This document shows, piece by piece, positions 12,001 through 22,669 of a DNA stretch of 64,000 nt. This DNA comes from Rhynchobatus australiae. Lineage: Eukaryota. The DNA is taken from NCBI GenBank assembly GCA_034780895.1, contig JAUZTB010000076.1, positions 48,999,036-49,063,035 on the forward strand, in the 5' to 3' direction. The notes under the pieces were generated by a model, which saw nothing but the letters and a program-made list of their open reading frames with translations, was not told where the DNA came from and did not search any database. Numbering within the stretch: position 1 is the stretch's first letter; each line of letters opens with the position of its first letter. The translations under genes and the position numbers were made by a program.

Positions 12001-12506
12001 TGTCAATCAAAGAACTGGAAAAACATCCAAAAGTTTAACTGAGCAGTTTAACATTGTTCATCTTATTGTTTAACGAGCACTTTTGCAGAAGGCCAAAGGA
12101 GCTTTTTTTGGTTTTGATACAATTCCCAGTATTAATTATTTATGCAGATTGTTCGTCAATGAATTTGTTATTTGGCAACAGACCTGTATCTTTGAAATAA
12201 TTAAAGCATATTTTTTAACTCAGATCAGAAAAGTTGTTATGAAACACATAATNNNNNNNNNNNNNNNNNNNNNNNNNNNNNNNNNNNNNNNNNNNNNNNN
12301 NNNNNNNNNNNNNNNNNNNNNNNNNNNNNNNNNNNNNNNNNNNNNNNNNNNNATAATGACAGCATTAAACAAGCTGGGACTTCAACTTTCTGTTAGACAA
12401 AGCATACAATACCCATGCACTGCATACAGAGTAACTGTATCTGATTTGAGTGAAAGGTATTTACTTGGGTACTTACTCGCATTTGTAGGAGATGAAGTGG
12501 ATGAGC
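1..12506 (-). CDS. Multi-exon N-terminal region of a mucin-stalk (S/T/P-rich) glycoprotein gene, partial and continuing beyond position 1; CD45/PTPRC-like layout (candidate only)
   Basis: More than 20 short exons with pyrimidine-tract/AG acceptors and GT donors on the minus strand. All are multiples of 3 and open in phase 1, encoding S/T/P-rich peptides with N-glycosylation sequons. Confidence 0.8.
312..380 (-). CDS. 69-nt mucin repeat exon NHSSLTLTSTAPPSVTTSFTTVS
   Basis: ttcttccaacag|exon|gtaggt, phase 1-1. Confidence 0.82.
647..715 (-). CDS. 69-nt mucin repeat exon SHSSLSLTSMAPPSATTSFTNAS
   Basis: caacag|exon|gtaggt. Confidence 0.8.
978..1046 (-). CDS. 69-nt mucin repeat exon NHSSLTLTSTAPPSVTPSFTNDS
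   Basis: caacag|exon|gtaggt. Confidence 0.82.
1294..1362 (-). CDS. 69-nt mucin repeat exon NPSSPTLTSTAPPSVTTSFTATS
   Basis: caacag|exon|gtacgt (variant donor). Confidence 0.78.
1627..1695 (-). CDS. 69-nt mucin repeat exon NHSSPTLTSTAPPSVTSSFTATS
   Basis: caacag|exon|gtaggt. Confidence 0.82.
1961..2029 (-). CDS. 69-nt mucin repeat exon NHSSLTLTSTAPPSATTSFTNAS
   Basis: caacag|exon|gtaggt. Confidence 0.82.
2291..2359 (-). CDS. 69-nt mucin repeat exon NPSSLTYTSTAPPSVTTSFTANS
   Basis: caacag|exon|gtaggt. Confidence 0.8.
2624..2692 (-). CDS. 69-nt mucin repeat exon NPSSPTLTSTAPPSVTTSFITTS
   Basis: ttctacag|exon|gtaggt. Confidence 0.82.
3093..3161 (-). pseudogene. Pseudo-exon copy of the mucin repeat (donor GT mutated to TT)
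   Basis: Plus strand reads gaccaaattgaag instead of gacctacttgaag; acceptor and frame are intact. Confidence 0.75.
3425..3493 (-). CDS. 69-nt mucin repeat exon NPSSLTLTSTAPPSVTTSFTNAS
   Basis: caacag|exon|gtgggt (variant donor). Confidence 0.72.
3757..3825 (-). CDS. 69-nt mucin repeat exon NHTTPTLSSTVPPSVIPSFTNAS
   Basis: caacag|exon|gtaggt. Confidence 0.8.
4090..4158 (-). CDS. 69-nt mucin repeat exon NSSSPTLTSAAPPSVTTSFTATS
   Basis: caacag|exon|gtaggt. Confidence 0.82.
4423..4491 (-). CDS. 69-nt mucin repeat exon NHPSLTLTSTAPPSMSTSFTRAS
   Basis: caacag|exon|gtaggt; putative branch motif ctcac altered. Confidence 0.72.
4747..4815 (-). CDS. 69-nt mucin repeat exon NHSSLTLTSTAPPSVTTSFTTTS
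   Basis: ttccagcag (NAGNAG)|exon|gtatgt. Confidence 0.8.
5080..5148 (-). CDS. 69-nt mucin repeat exon NHSSLTLTSTAPPSVTASFTNAS
   Basis: caacag|exon|gtaggt; putative branch motif altered. Confidence 0.75.
5398..5466 (-). CDS. 69-nt mucin repeat exon SHSSLTHNSTAPPSATTSFTNAS
   Basis: caacag|exon|gtaggt. Confidence 0.8.
5729..5797 (-). CDS. 69-nt mucin repeat exon NHSTPTLTDTAPPSVTTSLTNAS
   Basis: caacag|exon|gtagat (weak donor). Confidence 0.65.
6061..6129 (-). CDS. 69-nt mucin repeat exon NHSLLTLTSTAPPSQMTSFTNAS
   Basis: caacag|exon|gtaggt. Confidence 0.8.
6394..6462 (-). CDS. 69-nt mucin repeat exon NHSSLTLTSTAPSSVTTSFTNAS
   Basis: ttccacag|exon|gtaggt. Confidence 0.82.
6741..6800 (-). pseudogene. 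Degenerate mucin exon copy (homologous acceptor lost, in-frame TGA)
   Basis: Reads ...CCAGCATCAGTGACGACTTCATTCTGA...|gtatgt; the homologous caacag acceptor is missing. Confidence 0.65.
7322..7387 (-). CDS. Diverged 66-nt mucin exon NQSSLTTTSTAQTVATSKATGS
   Basis: ttccaacag|exon|gtatgt; exactly one codon shorter, frame preserved. Confidence 0.75.
7650..7718 (-). pseudogene. Diverged mucin exon copy NNIPPAPTSTALPSGTASFTKGS with dead donor (GT>AC)
   Basis: ttccactag acceptor; exon end TTCAA is followed by acatgc. Confidence 0.6.
7919..8004 (-). mobile_element. tRNA-derived V-SINE 5' head
   Basis: Reverse complement has A/B-box-like tagcttagtggttagc...gggttcgattccc followed by ctgtaaggagt, as in the full copy at 47025. 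Confidence 0.85.
8408..8476 (-). CDS. Diverged 69-nt mucin exon NHSSLTSTSMAPPSVTSSFTTGS (weak splice sites)
   Basis: cccaaaag|exon|gtacat; open frame. Confidence 0.5.
9949..10038 (-). CDS. Candidate 87/90-nt mucin exon (T)DFTSTSTEPVTTSIPSTHASLNKTSHARA, distant paralog of the repeat exon
   Basis: Acceptor ttcatccaacagcag (NAGNAG). Shares CACCAGCACG and CAGTGACTACT with the repeat exons. The donor is uncertain (A|gtggaa keeps phase 1). Confidence 0.6.
12477..12506 (-). CDS. 30-nt phase-1 micro-exon xSSTSSPTNA
   Basis: ttttctttcag|GCTCATCCACTTCATCTCCTACAAATGCGA|gtaagt; strong sites, S/T-rich, length divisible by 3. Confidence 0.8.
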
Positions 12507-14235
12507 CTGAAAGAAAATTAATGCAATTTGATCAGAATCATCCATGTGTAAACTAAGACATATTTTTTACAATGCAATACACTCACATGTAGCATTTTGG
12601 CTCATTTCCGAGTTTGTAATCTCACATTCCAGTTTAAAAGTCTGTTTGATATTCTTCATAACCATGAAATTTTCACCAGCTTAATTACACATAAGAGGTC
12701 AGAAGGCTTCCTATTATCTGCCCACAAAGCCAATCAAATTGATTAGCTACAAGTTTGTACCTTTCTTAAAAACCTCCTAACATTATTTTTCAGTAATTGG
12801 AGAATGCAATAGTACCTGACTTCTACAACATTTTATTTCAATTAAAGTCAATGGAAACTCAAAATATTGAGAGAGATAAAACAAACTGTTATCACACTAT
12901 CTTATTTGGTTTACACAGAGATAAGATCTCCTTAGGTCAGATATCTCATTTGGTGCCTACTGCACATTTGCCCATTTGTATTGCTAACCTTTTGCCTGCA
13001 CAATTATCTGGATACATTAGAACTGAAATGAAAGTTGGTTATGTGGAACCAGAGAAAATTAGAACGGTAACACCCAACAATTTAGAATCTTTTAAGTTCT
13101 CACGATCATGGTTAAATTGTAATGATTTTCAAGTTATTGCATTTTGCCAAAACAACAGATGCAGGTGTTGGTTGATATGCTCTGAAACTCCTGTTTAGAC
13201 AAACATGACAGCAACTCCTAAAACTGCAATATCTACCATCAAAAGGGATTAGGAGAGCAGACACAGAAAAATATGACAACTTCTCAGGTCCCCTTTGAGT
13301 GACACACCTTCTGACTTAACTAATGCTGTTCCTTCATCATTACTGGGTTAAGCGCTCCCTCTGTGCTTCACTCAAATCATCAGGATCACACTTTTACTTA
13401 ATATTGAATCTTTTTTTTAAATTTTCTGTCATTTACCTTAATTGAACTAATAATAGTCTCTGGAGCTAATTGAAGGTGAGTGCTGATTTTGTGAACCTCA
13501 CAGAAACATTATATAGACTTGACAATCACCTATATTATCTCTGGGGTTACATGGGATTTATATATGGAAACAGACCTCGTGGCCTATTGCATTTATGCTC
13601 CACTCAAGCCTTTTCTGTCAGTTCCACCCTTAGCTCCCTTTCCCTCGTGTGCTCATCCAGCTTCTCCTTAAATGCATTTATACTATTCACTTCAATCACT
13701 CTCTGTGATTGCAAGTCGTTGGAAAGCCAAGTGGATTGCTGTTAAAACTGGCACAGAAGAAATCTGGTGAAAACATTGTGGCTTCTCCTGCCCCCTTGTG
13801 GGTTTTAACCAATGGTGCATCAGTGACACTAGAACAACAGCTGCAGCAATCGGTAGCTAAAGGCATGTCGCTTTCAACATATATTTAGTTCTTTGTACAT
13901 ATGGTAATTGCACAGCAACTGTCCTTCTTTGACCACGGCTTAGGATACTGCAATAAGCCCAGTGAGTTTCAACAATCTTTCACCTGAAATTTTCATGTTC
14001 TGGAACACAGGATCGTTGTTCTGGAAAAGTTTGTTTGTTGTACCCTTCTGCTACTTTCCTCTGAGGTTGGGAAACCCAGAAGAAAAGATTTCTCAATTGT
14101 CCCATAGAATTTAAATGGAATGCTTCTCTGACTGGGGATGACACCTACAATTAGCTTGATAGACAAGCTAGAGATCTTTAGTGCTTCATTAGGACAGCAT
14201 ACTTCATTGGAGAAATAAAAGGAATTTTGGGGTGA

Positions 14236-14346
14236 AAAAACACTGATGCTGGAGGAGCTCAGCAGACCAGGCAGCATCTGTGGAGAAAAGCAACATCATA
14301 GTGTTTTTCATCCAGATTCCAGCAGCTGCAATGCTTTGTTTCTCTA
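14236..14346. mobile_element. Penelope-type terminal-repeat remnants (collapsed head-to-head pair)
   Basis: gatgctggaggagctcagcagaccaggcagcatc is joined to ttttcatccagattccagcagctgca. Confidence 0.65.
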
Positions 14347-14864
14347 GGAATTTTGGGGTGGCAGGGGATGGGGTAGTGGTTGAGTGAGCCTATCTGGAGA
14401 AAGGTGTCTGATTTTTGGAGAGGGTACAAGTGTGAGGAGGACCACTTAAGGAGGAGGTACATAGCCTCTGGTAGAACATGGTTATCACTACAGATTTGCA
14501 AGTCTTAAATGAACTGACTGGTGTTTTCAGCCAGAAATCACTCAGGAAAATTCTGCCTAGTTCATCCTGGAACCTCTAAGCTCACTGTACACACTCAGGC
14601 CACCATCTTAGCTATTCTGGTTTCAAGTAGGTGATTTGAAACACAACAGCAGGACACAAACACAGAAGTTCCTACGTCCTCAAAACGGAAGGAACAATCA
14701 TTGACACTGCCTCACTCATTGGCCCCAGTTGATATTTCTTCAATCAGCTTTGTACAAACGAGTGAAGCTTGAGATCGCAGACCCAATCAGTTTGGTTTTT
14801 GGTTTACAAATATAATGGACTATCCTGAGCTCTGAAAAGCACCAAGAATGGTGTTGGGATTGAT

Positions 14865-15618
14865 TCAATGGTGTTGACATTGACTTCAGGAAGGGGGCGG
14901 TGCACATGCTCCTGTCTCCATCAATAGTGCTGAGGTTGAAAGGGTGAGAGCTTCAAGTTCCTCAAAGTGAAAATCATCAATAACCTGTCCTGGTCCAACC
15001 ACATAGACCCCATGGCCAAGAAAGCTCACCAGCACCTCTACTTCCTCAGGGAGCTGAAGAAGTTTGGCATGTCCCCTTTGACACTCACAAATTTTTATTG
15101 ATGCACCATAGAAAACATCCTATCTGGATGCATCACAGCTTGGTATGGCAACACTCTGCCTGTGACCACAAGAAACTGCAGAGAGTCATGGACAGAGCTC
15201 AGCACATCAGAGAAATCAGCCTCCCCTCCATGGACTCTATCTAAACTTCTCACTGCCTTGGTAAAGCAGCCAGGATAGTCAAAGACCCCACCCAGCCTGG
15301 ACCTTCTCTCTTCTTTCCTCTCCCATCAGGCAGAAGATGCAAAAGCCTGAAAGCACATACCACCAGGCTCAAGGACAGCTTCTCTCCTGCTGTTATAAGA
15401 CTCTTAAACGGTTCCCTAGTATGATGACCTCACAATCGACCTCGTTATTACTTTGAACCTATTGTTTACCTGCACTGCACTTTCTCTGTAGCTGTGACAC
15501 TTTATTCTGCATTGTACGACCTCAATACACTGTGTAATGAATTGATCTTTGAACAATATGCAGGACATGTTTCTTACTGTACCTCAGTATAGGTGACAAT
15601 AACAAACCAATTCCAATT
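14865..15618 (+). mobile_element. Rex1/Babar-type LINE 3' end
   Basis: Translates to KKAHQHLYFLRELKKFGMSPLTLTNFY*CTIENILSGCITAWYGN, the typical C-terminus, followed by 3' UTR and ccaatt tail. Confidence 0.88.
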
Positions 15619-16049
15619 GCTCAGGCTTCTCCTCTACCTAGCAGCTTATGTGGGCTGCAGTCTTCCACGAGACATGTAGGCACCTAAATTTTGTATCCAT
15701 ATCCCAACGAGTGAATATCTTGTGAACCACACAACATGAAGAACATTTTCCTCTGGTCCAGAAGTGTACACAACCGAACAATTCTCAATTTACTTCAAAC
15801 TTCATAATGAGTAACTTAAGATTGTCAGGAATTGATTTTCTTCACTTAACAGTGTGCTTCATTCCATCTCTGCACAGTAGAGATCTGAGGGCTGTTTAAA
15901 GGAATTATCAGATATCAGGCCGCAAACATTCACCACAGGAGGGCCATGGGTTTCTCAGCTAGTCCAAAGGCTTTTGGCCCCCTGATTTGCACAGAATGAG
16001 TTGGCCAATTATCACATCAGGACACCATCGATCCTGGATATCTACAACA

Positions 16050-16559
16050 CATGATGCACACACAAGGTCTGCAGAATCATAGATGACCCCTCTCATCCCT
16101 CCCACGACCTATTTGTCCCACTGCCATCTGGCAAGCAGTACCGGAGCATCCGGGCCAGAACTACTGGACGGCACAGCAGTTTTTTTCCAGCAGGCTGTCA
16201 GGCTCCTGAATACCCTGGAGACATTTGCAGACTAATGCCGCGTCAAAAGCCCTGATTTGCACAATGGCGTATAAGAACTTTGGCTGCTGCTGAACATGTT
16301 TATACAATTAGTGTAACACACCGAGTTCTGTATTTTCTTCGTCCATCTTTGTTTTGCACTAACTCTGCACTAAATTTGTATTCTGTATATACTGTTTTAT
16401 GCACTACTTGTACTTGCACTATTTTTTTGTCTGTGTTTATTGCATATCTTCTGTTTTATGCATGTCCTCTGTTGTGTGAGTTTAGGGGAAAACGACATTT
16501 CGTTCCTCTATGTGTTTTTATAACATATGGGTGAATGACAATAAAGTAACTTGAACTTG
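16050..16559 (+). mobile_element. Rex1/Babar-type LINE 3' end (second subfamily)
   Basis: RIIDDPSHPSHDLFVPLPSGKQYRSIRARTT...FFQQAVRLLN; ends with aataaa followed by an (acttga)n tail. Confidence 0.85.
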
Positions 16560-18049
16560 GCCACTGGCTGGATGCACAGAGTAACCTACTTTGTACCGAA
16601 TGAATAATATTGATTTGTTCCTTTGTAAGCATGGTGCAGTCTTGCACACCAAGTGCATGCAAAAGAAAAGCAATTGCATGGGATTATTCAATAGAATGCA
16701 AAGGAAAACGCGTCTGGTTCTTGGAAATTTGGGATAGGAAAACAGAAAATGCAGGGAATAGATACAGCAGGCCAGTTAACACCTACAGAAAGAGCTAGGT
16801 CAGGTTAATTTTAATCAGAATAAGGAATTACTGCAAGGTGTCAAACTTTGTTCTTCAGGCTGGTGGTATCTTCCTTAACTATTCAACAGAGGTTCATCAA
16901 TGTGGTAGAATTTTACCAACAATGATACATTGTAGAAATCCATTTTTGGCAACAGAAAAAGAGCAAAGAAATAGCACTTTGAAACAGAAGTCACCCTGAA
17001 TGCACTATCAGTTGGCGATGGCAATGAATGATAACTTAAGGTTGGTCAACTATGTGGCAAATGTTGGTGCATGTACTCTGGCATAATTGCCATGTTCAAT
17101 ACAGTGTTGTAAGTCAAGTAGTTAGTGCTTTGCTGTCACATAATCTCCATATGTTTTACACTCCTTCAATTAATCCACTTAATTATGACCTAGAATCTAT
17201 TTTTTCATTAAGAGTTATTGGTCTGGAATTCATTGCCTTAGCAACATTGATCAGGAATGATCATCTGCCCCACCAACCGCACCCCCCCCCAACCAAGTCA
17301 TCCCACAACAAATCTCCACCAACATTTAATGGAGAACTGATTAAAACATGCCAGCAGCAAGATGGGACATAGCCAATGGCATCTGTGAATGCATGTTGAT
17401 TGTCAATTTCTATAATCTCAATCCCAATCTTACTATATTTGGGCATGGGCTGAGTCACTTACTACACCTTTCCTGGAACTAATAAAGGCACATGCTATTG
17501 TGGTACAATTTTCCAGTCCTGCTCTGAACTGCATGATTTTCCTGCTGTAATTTTTTCTTTCCTTCCCACATAGTAGTCGTGTTCTGTAGCAAAATAAGAC
17601 GATTAAATTTTGTTTTGATCGCTAAATTCTGAGCTGTTAAAGAAAACAGCAGACTTTTTTCATTAATATATTCCAGCATGTGTGGTTTAATTTCAGCTGC
17701 AGGGTTTGTGGAAGTTTATACCATATAGACCATTTGTAGAATTAGATGCAAATTTTTGAAGGTACCCAATTAATTTCTATTATCTCTCACACCAAGTCTT
17801 AGTAAAATCCAAAACTAATTGTATGATGTTAACCTAATAACAGAATGCCGAAAGATGGGTTCCTGTGCAACATATGGGACTAATGTAATACTTTGGCACC
17901 ACTTATCTGTCTGAGATTTTGCTGAACTTGTAGATAGGCATGGCAAAACATATTACTGTTAAGCATGCTGCATTTTCAGAAAAGATAACAGCACAAAGCC
18001 CTGGGTAGAGCTCATCTGGAGAAATATCAGCATCATAGTTTGAAAGTAA

Positions 18050-18430
18050 TACATCAGCATTAGAGGGAGCACCATGTAGATTTACCAGACTCTAAGGGTT
18101 AAATTATCAGGAAAGATAGCATAAACCAGGATTATTTGATCTGGAATTTAGAAGGTTGAAACAGGAATTAATTGAGGTTTGAGATCTGTAGAGATAGTGA
18201 TATTTCTGCCAATTGTCAGTCGGGGACTAGAGGGCACAGTAGAAGATTGACAGCCAGAACTTTTGGGAAATGCAGTTAGGAAATACATCTAATCCAGAGG
18301 GTGATGGAAGTGTGGAATTCTCTTCCACAAATGACAAGTAGTTTGAGATCAAATGTTAACTTTAAACCTTTGATCAATAGATATTTGTTAGCCAAAAGTA
18401 TTAAGTGATTTGGAGAATAAGTGTCATATG
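18050..18430 (+). mobile_element. Degenerate CR1 LINE 3' region
   Basis: CR1 hallmarks gactagagggcacag...agagggtgatggaagtgtggaattctcttcca. Confidence 0.7.
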
Positions 18431-18477
18431 GAATACGCGTTTGCCACACAATCAGTCTCTTTGACTATGTGGCAGAC

Positions 18478-19300
18478 ACTGGCAAGGCCAGCATTCGTTG
18501 GCTATGTCTAATTTCCCTTGAGAAGATGGTACTTGGTTCTTGAACTGCTGCAGTAACTGAAGGCACTCTCACCATGACAAAGAGAATCTAGGATTTAGAT
18601 TTAGCGGTGAAGAAGGAGTTGCAAGGTATTTCTAAGTCATGCTGGCATGCGACATAAAAGGGGAAATGTGCAGGTGATCATGTTTCCATACACCTGCTGT
18701 CTTTGTCCTTGTTGATCTAGAGATTAAGGATTTGAGGTATGTTATTAAACAATGTTTGTGAGTAATTGCAGTGCATTTTGTAGATGGTACGCTGCCAAAT
18801 GCATAAGTGGTGGGGAGAATTAATGTCTGAAATGGTGACTGGAGGGGCAATCAAACAGCTACTTAGTTCTGCATAGGGTCAAGCTTTCTAAGCATTATCA
18901 GCTGCACTCATTCAAGCAAGTGGAGAGTATTTCTGTATTCCTTAAAATGAGATTTTGGGGAATCGGATGCTGGTGACTTACTGCAATAGGTCAGCCCCTG
19001 GCATGCTCTTGTGGTCATTGCACTAAGGGCGAGTTCAGTTAAATACTGAATTAATGCCAGGACAATGATCGAGGGAGACCTGGTGAAGATAATGCCACTG
19101 AATTGGTAGGTGATTAGACTCTAATGTTGGCGGTGGTCATTTCCTAGCGCGTATATGACACAAATGTTACTTGCTACTTATTGTCGCATGCTTGATATTG
19201 CTCATGATTTGCTGCAGGCAGGCATGTGTTTCTTCTTTTCTGAAGAATTGCAAATGGACTTCAATATTGTGCGATCAGTGAGTACTTCTACTCCAATTTC
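18478..19300 (-). mobile_element. Old L2/CR1-clade LINE remnant (same family as 25200-27060 and 51680-53380)
   Basis: Shared 3' motif ggcaaggccagcatt...cccttgagaagatggt and internal blocks across the three copies. Confidence 0.65.
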
Positions 19301-20344
19301 GGAGAACTAAGGGTCAACCACTTAGAGTCGTGCAACAGACCACACCAGATAATGCACAGTAAGAAACCAGATGGGTTTTCCCACAGCCAGGAACTTCATG
19401 GTTACCATTACTAAGACAATTTTAGCTTAAATTTCAGATTGCTTAATTCCCGCAGATTCTGTGGTAAGATTTGAATTCATGCCCTCACATCATTACTCCA
19501 GGCCTCTGCCTCACTGGACTGCCAACTTAATCTTGACATTACCATTCCCTTTACTTTAAAATGGTTTACTCCCGCTGCTGCCTGCAAGTTTAAAAAAAAG
19601 ACAATCTTACAAGAGCTTACGAATGTGCTTGCTATATCCTTTCAGTCATCTTCTGATATACTATCGCTCTCTCAACATTTCTATAACCTCTTTTTTGCAT
19701 TCTTTGACACCCATTTATCTTAGTTCTTATTTTTGTCGACAATGTTTTTATGAGCCTTCCATTTTTTTTCTGCTTTTATTAAACAAGGCCCTTAATGTGA
19801 CACCTTTCCGAAATTATAGATCAGGAATCGAAATTAAATTAGAAACTACAATTTGGTGTGTCACACTGATCCTGTTGGAAGTTTTTCTTCCTATTATCAA
19901 GTAGTTTCTCTAATAGAACCATTAAAAGAGGCTTGCCTTCCTTTTAATTGCACACCACTGTTAATCCTGCACTAATAATGTGTATATCCTAGCACCTGAC
20001 ATACTCCAGTCAAAGAGGAATGCATTGTTTCCCAGAAGTACGTTGTATTTAAGACAATAATACTTATTATATCTCCAAGCACCATTAAGTATTCAGGTCA
20101 GGTCATTTTTAAGTTTCTGCTGCATTATGCCAAGGCCTTCAAGAACTGAAAGTGAACAATTCTATGTCAAAAATTTCCTGATCACTGATAATTACAAATT
20201 AATTCAAGGGTCGAGGACTGGATGCAGCCACTTGAAGTTTAGTTCCTCAAGAGTCTACCCCTCCCACCATATTTGGCATGAACTGGGCCCAGATTACAAC
20301 CTAGCCAAATCTGTAATAAGTTAACTGGGTTCTTTCTGATTGCC

Positions 20345-20585
20345 ATTCAGCTGAAGGCTAGCCATTGCATGACAGACAAAGCACACAGTAACAGGTTCCG
20401 GTTGTGGTTTCTCCTGCTTCTGTTTACTTTTTTTCTTCTTTTGAAAACTTGCAGAGAAGGAAAGGGTGCAGTGCAATGTGGTTGAGAATTTAAATTATTC
20501 AAATAGCGTAACTTCTGTGTTACTATAGTGATCATCTTACTTGCTTATCTATATCATTGCACAGATAAACCACAGCTTCCCCAGA
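20345..20585. promoter_or_regulatory. Candidate haematopoietic enhancer (E-box, ETS, 3x RUNX, FOX, 2x GATA, PU.1-like)
   Basis: CAGCTG 20348; TTCCGG 20396 next to TGTGGTTT 20403; TGTTTAC 20421; TGTGGTT 20477; CTTATCT 20544; AGATAA 20563 overlapping AAACCACA 20567; GCTTCCCC 20575. Confidence 0.55.
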
Positions 20586-22669
20586 AGAAGCCATCAGTTC
20601 CTCAGTGACAAAATACAATTAAAAATTTAACATTCTGCAATAGAAATTAAAGACATTCAGTGCATTAAATTTTTATTATTTCATCATTTTTTCCCTACAT
20701 GTAGCCACGACTGAGCCAAGAGTTTCATTCTTGCTGTAAAAGACGTCCAAAATGTGTTATTGGAAGGTGGGGGAGTAGAGCTGGAAATAAGGCCCAAGGC
20801 AACAACTCTCCAGGGTTGATGTCAACAGCTATTTCCCTCAATCACATAGAAATACTATAGATTGAAAAAAAAAATTACATGCCAAAAACAGGTTTGTCAA
20901 AAGTTAATTTTAGGGGCCTAAAGACTGGATTCAGTTCAAACTGGGTCATGCTTCCACTGTAGTTCATACTCCTCATAAGTTATCCTGGAAATTTAGGCCA
21001 CCAATCTCACTAGGCTATTACTCCGAAGACATGAATGGGCCTGTAGCCAATGGCAGAATGCAGAGCGGTACACTAGGCACTATCCAAAAGCTTGCACAAG
21101 GAGAGAAGGCAATCAGGAGTCAGTGAGCAGTGGCTAACATGTACTGAGAAGGCGGGAGGAGCAAGCTCTCTCTGGCACAACACATTAATTACAGAAGTTC
21201 AAACCTACCTTTCACATGGCAAACACCAGTGGTAATGTCAAGGATCTGTGGTTGGACTGCTAAAGACATGTAATGGGCCTAATATCCATTTTAAGTGCAT
21301 GCTCCTAATGGTCTTTCATGGGGTTATAGAATGTGGGCAGAATAAAATGAGATAAGAGTAGGATTAGTGTAGATAGATGCTTGATGAGCAGTGTGGAAAC
21401 AGGCCCTTCAGCCCACTGAATCCAATTTGTTAACTCTGTGATGTCTATGGCTCTGTGGTCATAAGCAGTGCAGCTCTGATATAAAGTGAACGTGCTGTGT
21501 CAAACCCCTAGGCACCCTTTTACAATTTCCATGTGGACAAAGATGGGACAAAACACTGAAGTGGTTCTGAAACCAACGGCCGCCAACATGAAGTTAAACG
21601 TTGAGCCACAGATGGCATCAACTTCCTAGACTAGATGCCGAGAGAAAAGGGACATAGATGGACACAGGAACAAGACAACCTGAAGGAACTGCTACATAAT
21701 GTGTAGTAGCCCTGTTATAAAAATGCATTTGAGTGAGGCTTACGGCATGGTAGAAAGGTGTGTGCCATGCAATCTCAATCATGCATTAACATAGTAGCAA
21801 TATATGATAACTGAGAAGACCAAAGAGAGGGGGAAGTATTCATGGGTTATTATGAAGTGAGATCCAGGAGGGTCCAGCAAAAAGCTGCAATTTAGAGCCA
21901 ATCTTTATGGTGGTTTGATTTAATGACTTTGGATTCTTTAGTAAGATACCGATCAAGCAAATCAAAAATAATTTACATGCCATCATTTAGTTTCACATAA
22001 ATGAGACTTGTGAAGAAGCATGTACACACAGAAAAAAAATCACAATCACAAGCTGAGCGGGCATAAGTGACAGTGCATGGACATCTTTCAGAGAACCCAT
22101 CTGAAACATGAAAGAAAGTAAGCTAAAATGCAGATATGTGTTGTTTCAGACTTCCTGTGTTTCTACTTTAAATTTTTTAATTGAAAGAAGGAAGTTAAAA
22201 CTAAGATTCTAAAAGGGGTCAGAGCAATCCATGAGTAATAGTGGAAGAAACAAACAAAAGAGAAAAACAAACTAGTGAAAGGTATGGTGGAAGCTTAAAC
22301 ACATTAATGGACTTCATAACTGACATGTAAAGATCTGCATACCTAGTTTTTGCACACCTGCACATTTTGTCTTTTGCGGTCATAACTTTCATGTGACACC
22401 ACCTTGAATATATAAAAACATAACTAACTGCAGTCAATCACTATTGTTTCCATTCCTCCTTGAAGGAGAAGTAGCTCTCACAGAAAGGTAACAAGTGATT
22501 GTATTCCATTAACTAAAAGATTGTATTCCATTAACTATGATCATAAAAGTTTTCAAAATACTCTTTACTGGGGCTGGGCATTTCAGCATTCACAACAGTG
22601 CCCAGAAAAAACACACAAATCACACAGTATTTATTCTCTAAGACCAAGTGCCCAGAAAATCTCAAACCT

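Noticed and set aside
12587-12665. Short minus ORF MVMKNIKQTFKLECEITNSEMSQNAT ending at |gtgagt, 80 nt upstream of the micro-exon
   Set aside because: It has no hydrophobic signal-peptide core and no clear acceptor. It cannot be supported without cDNA.
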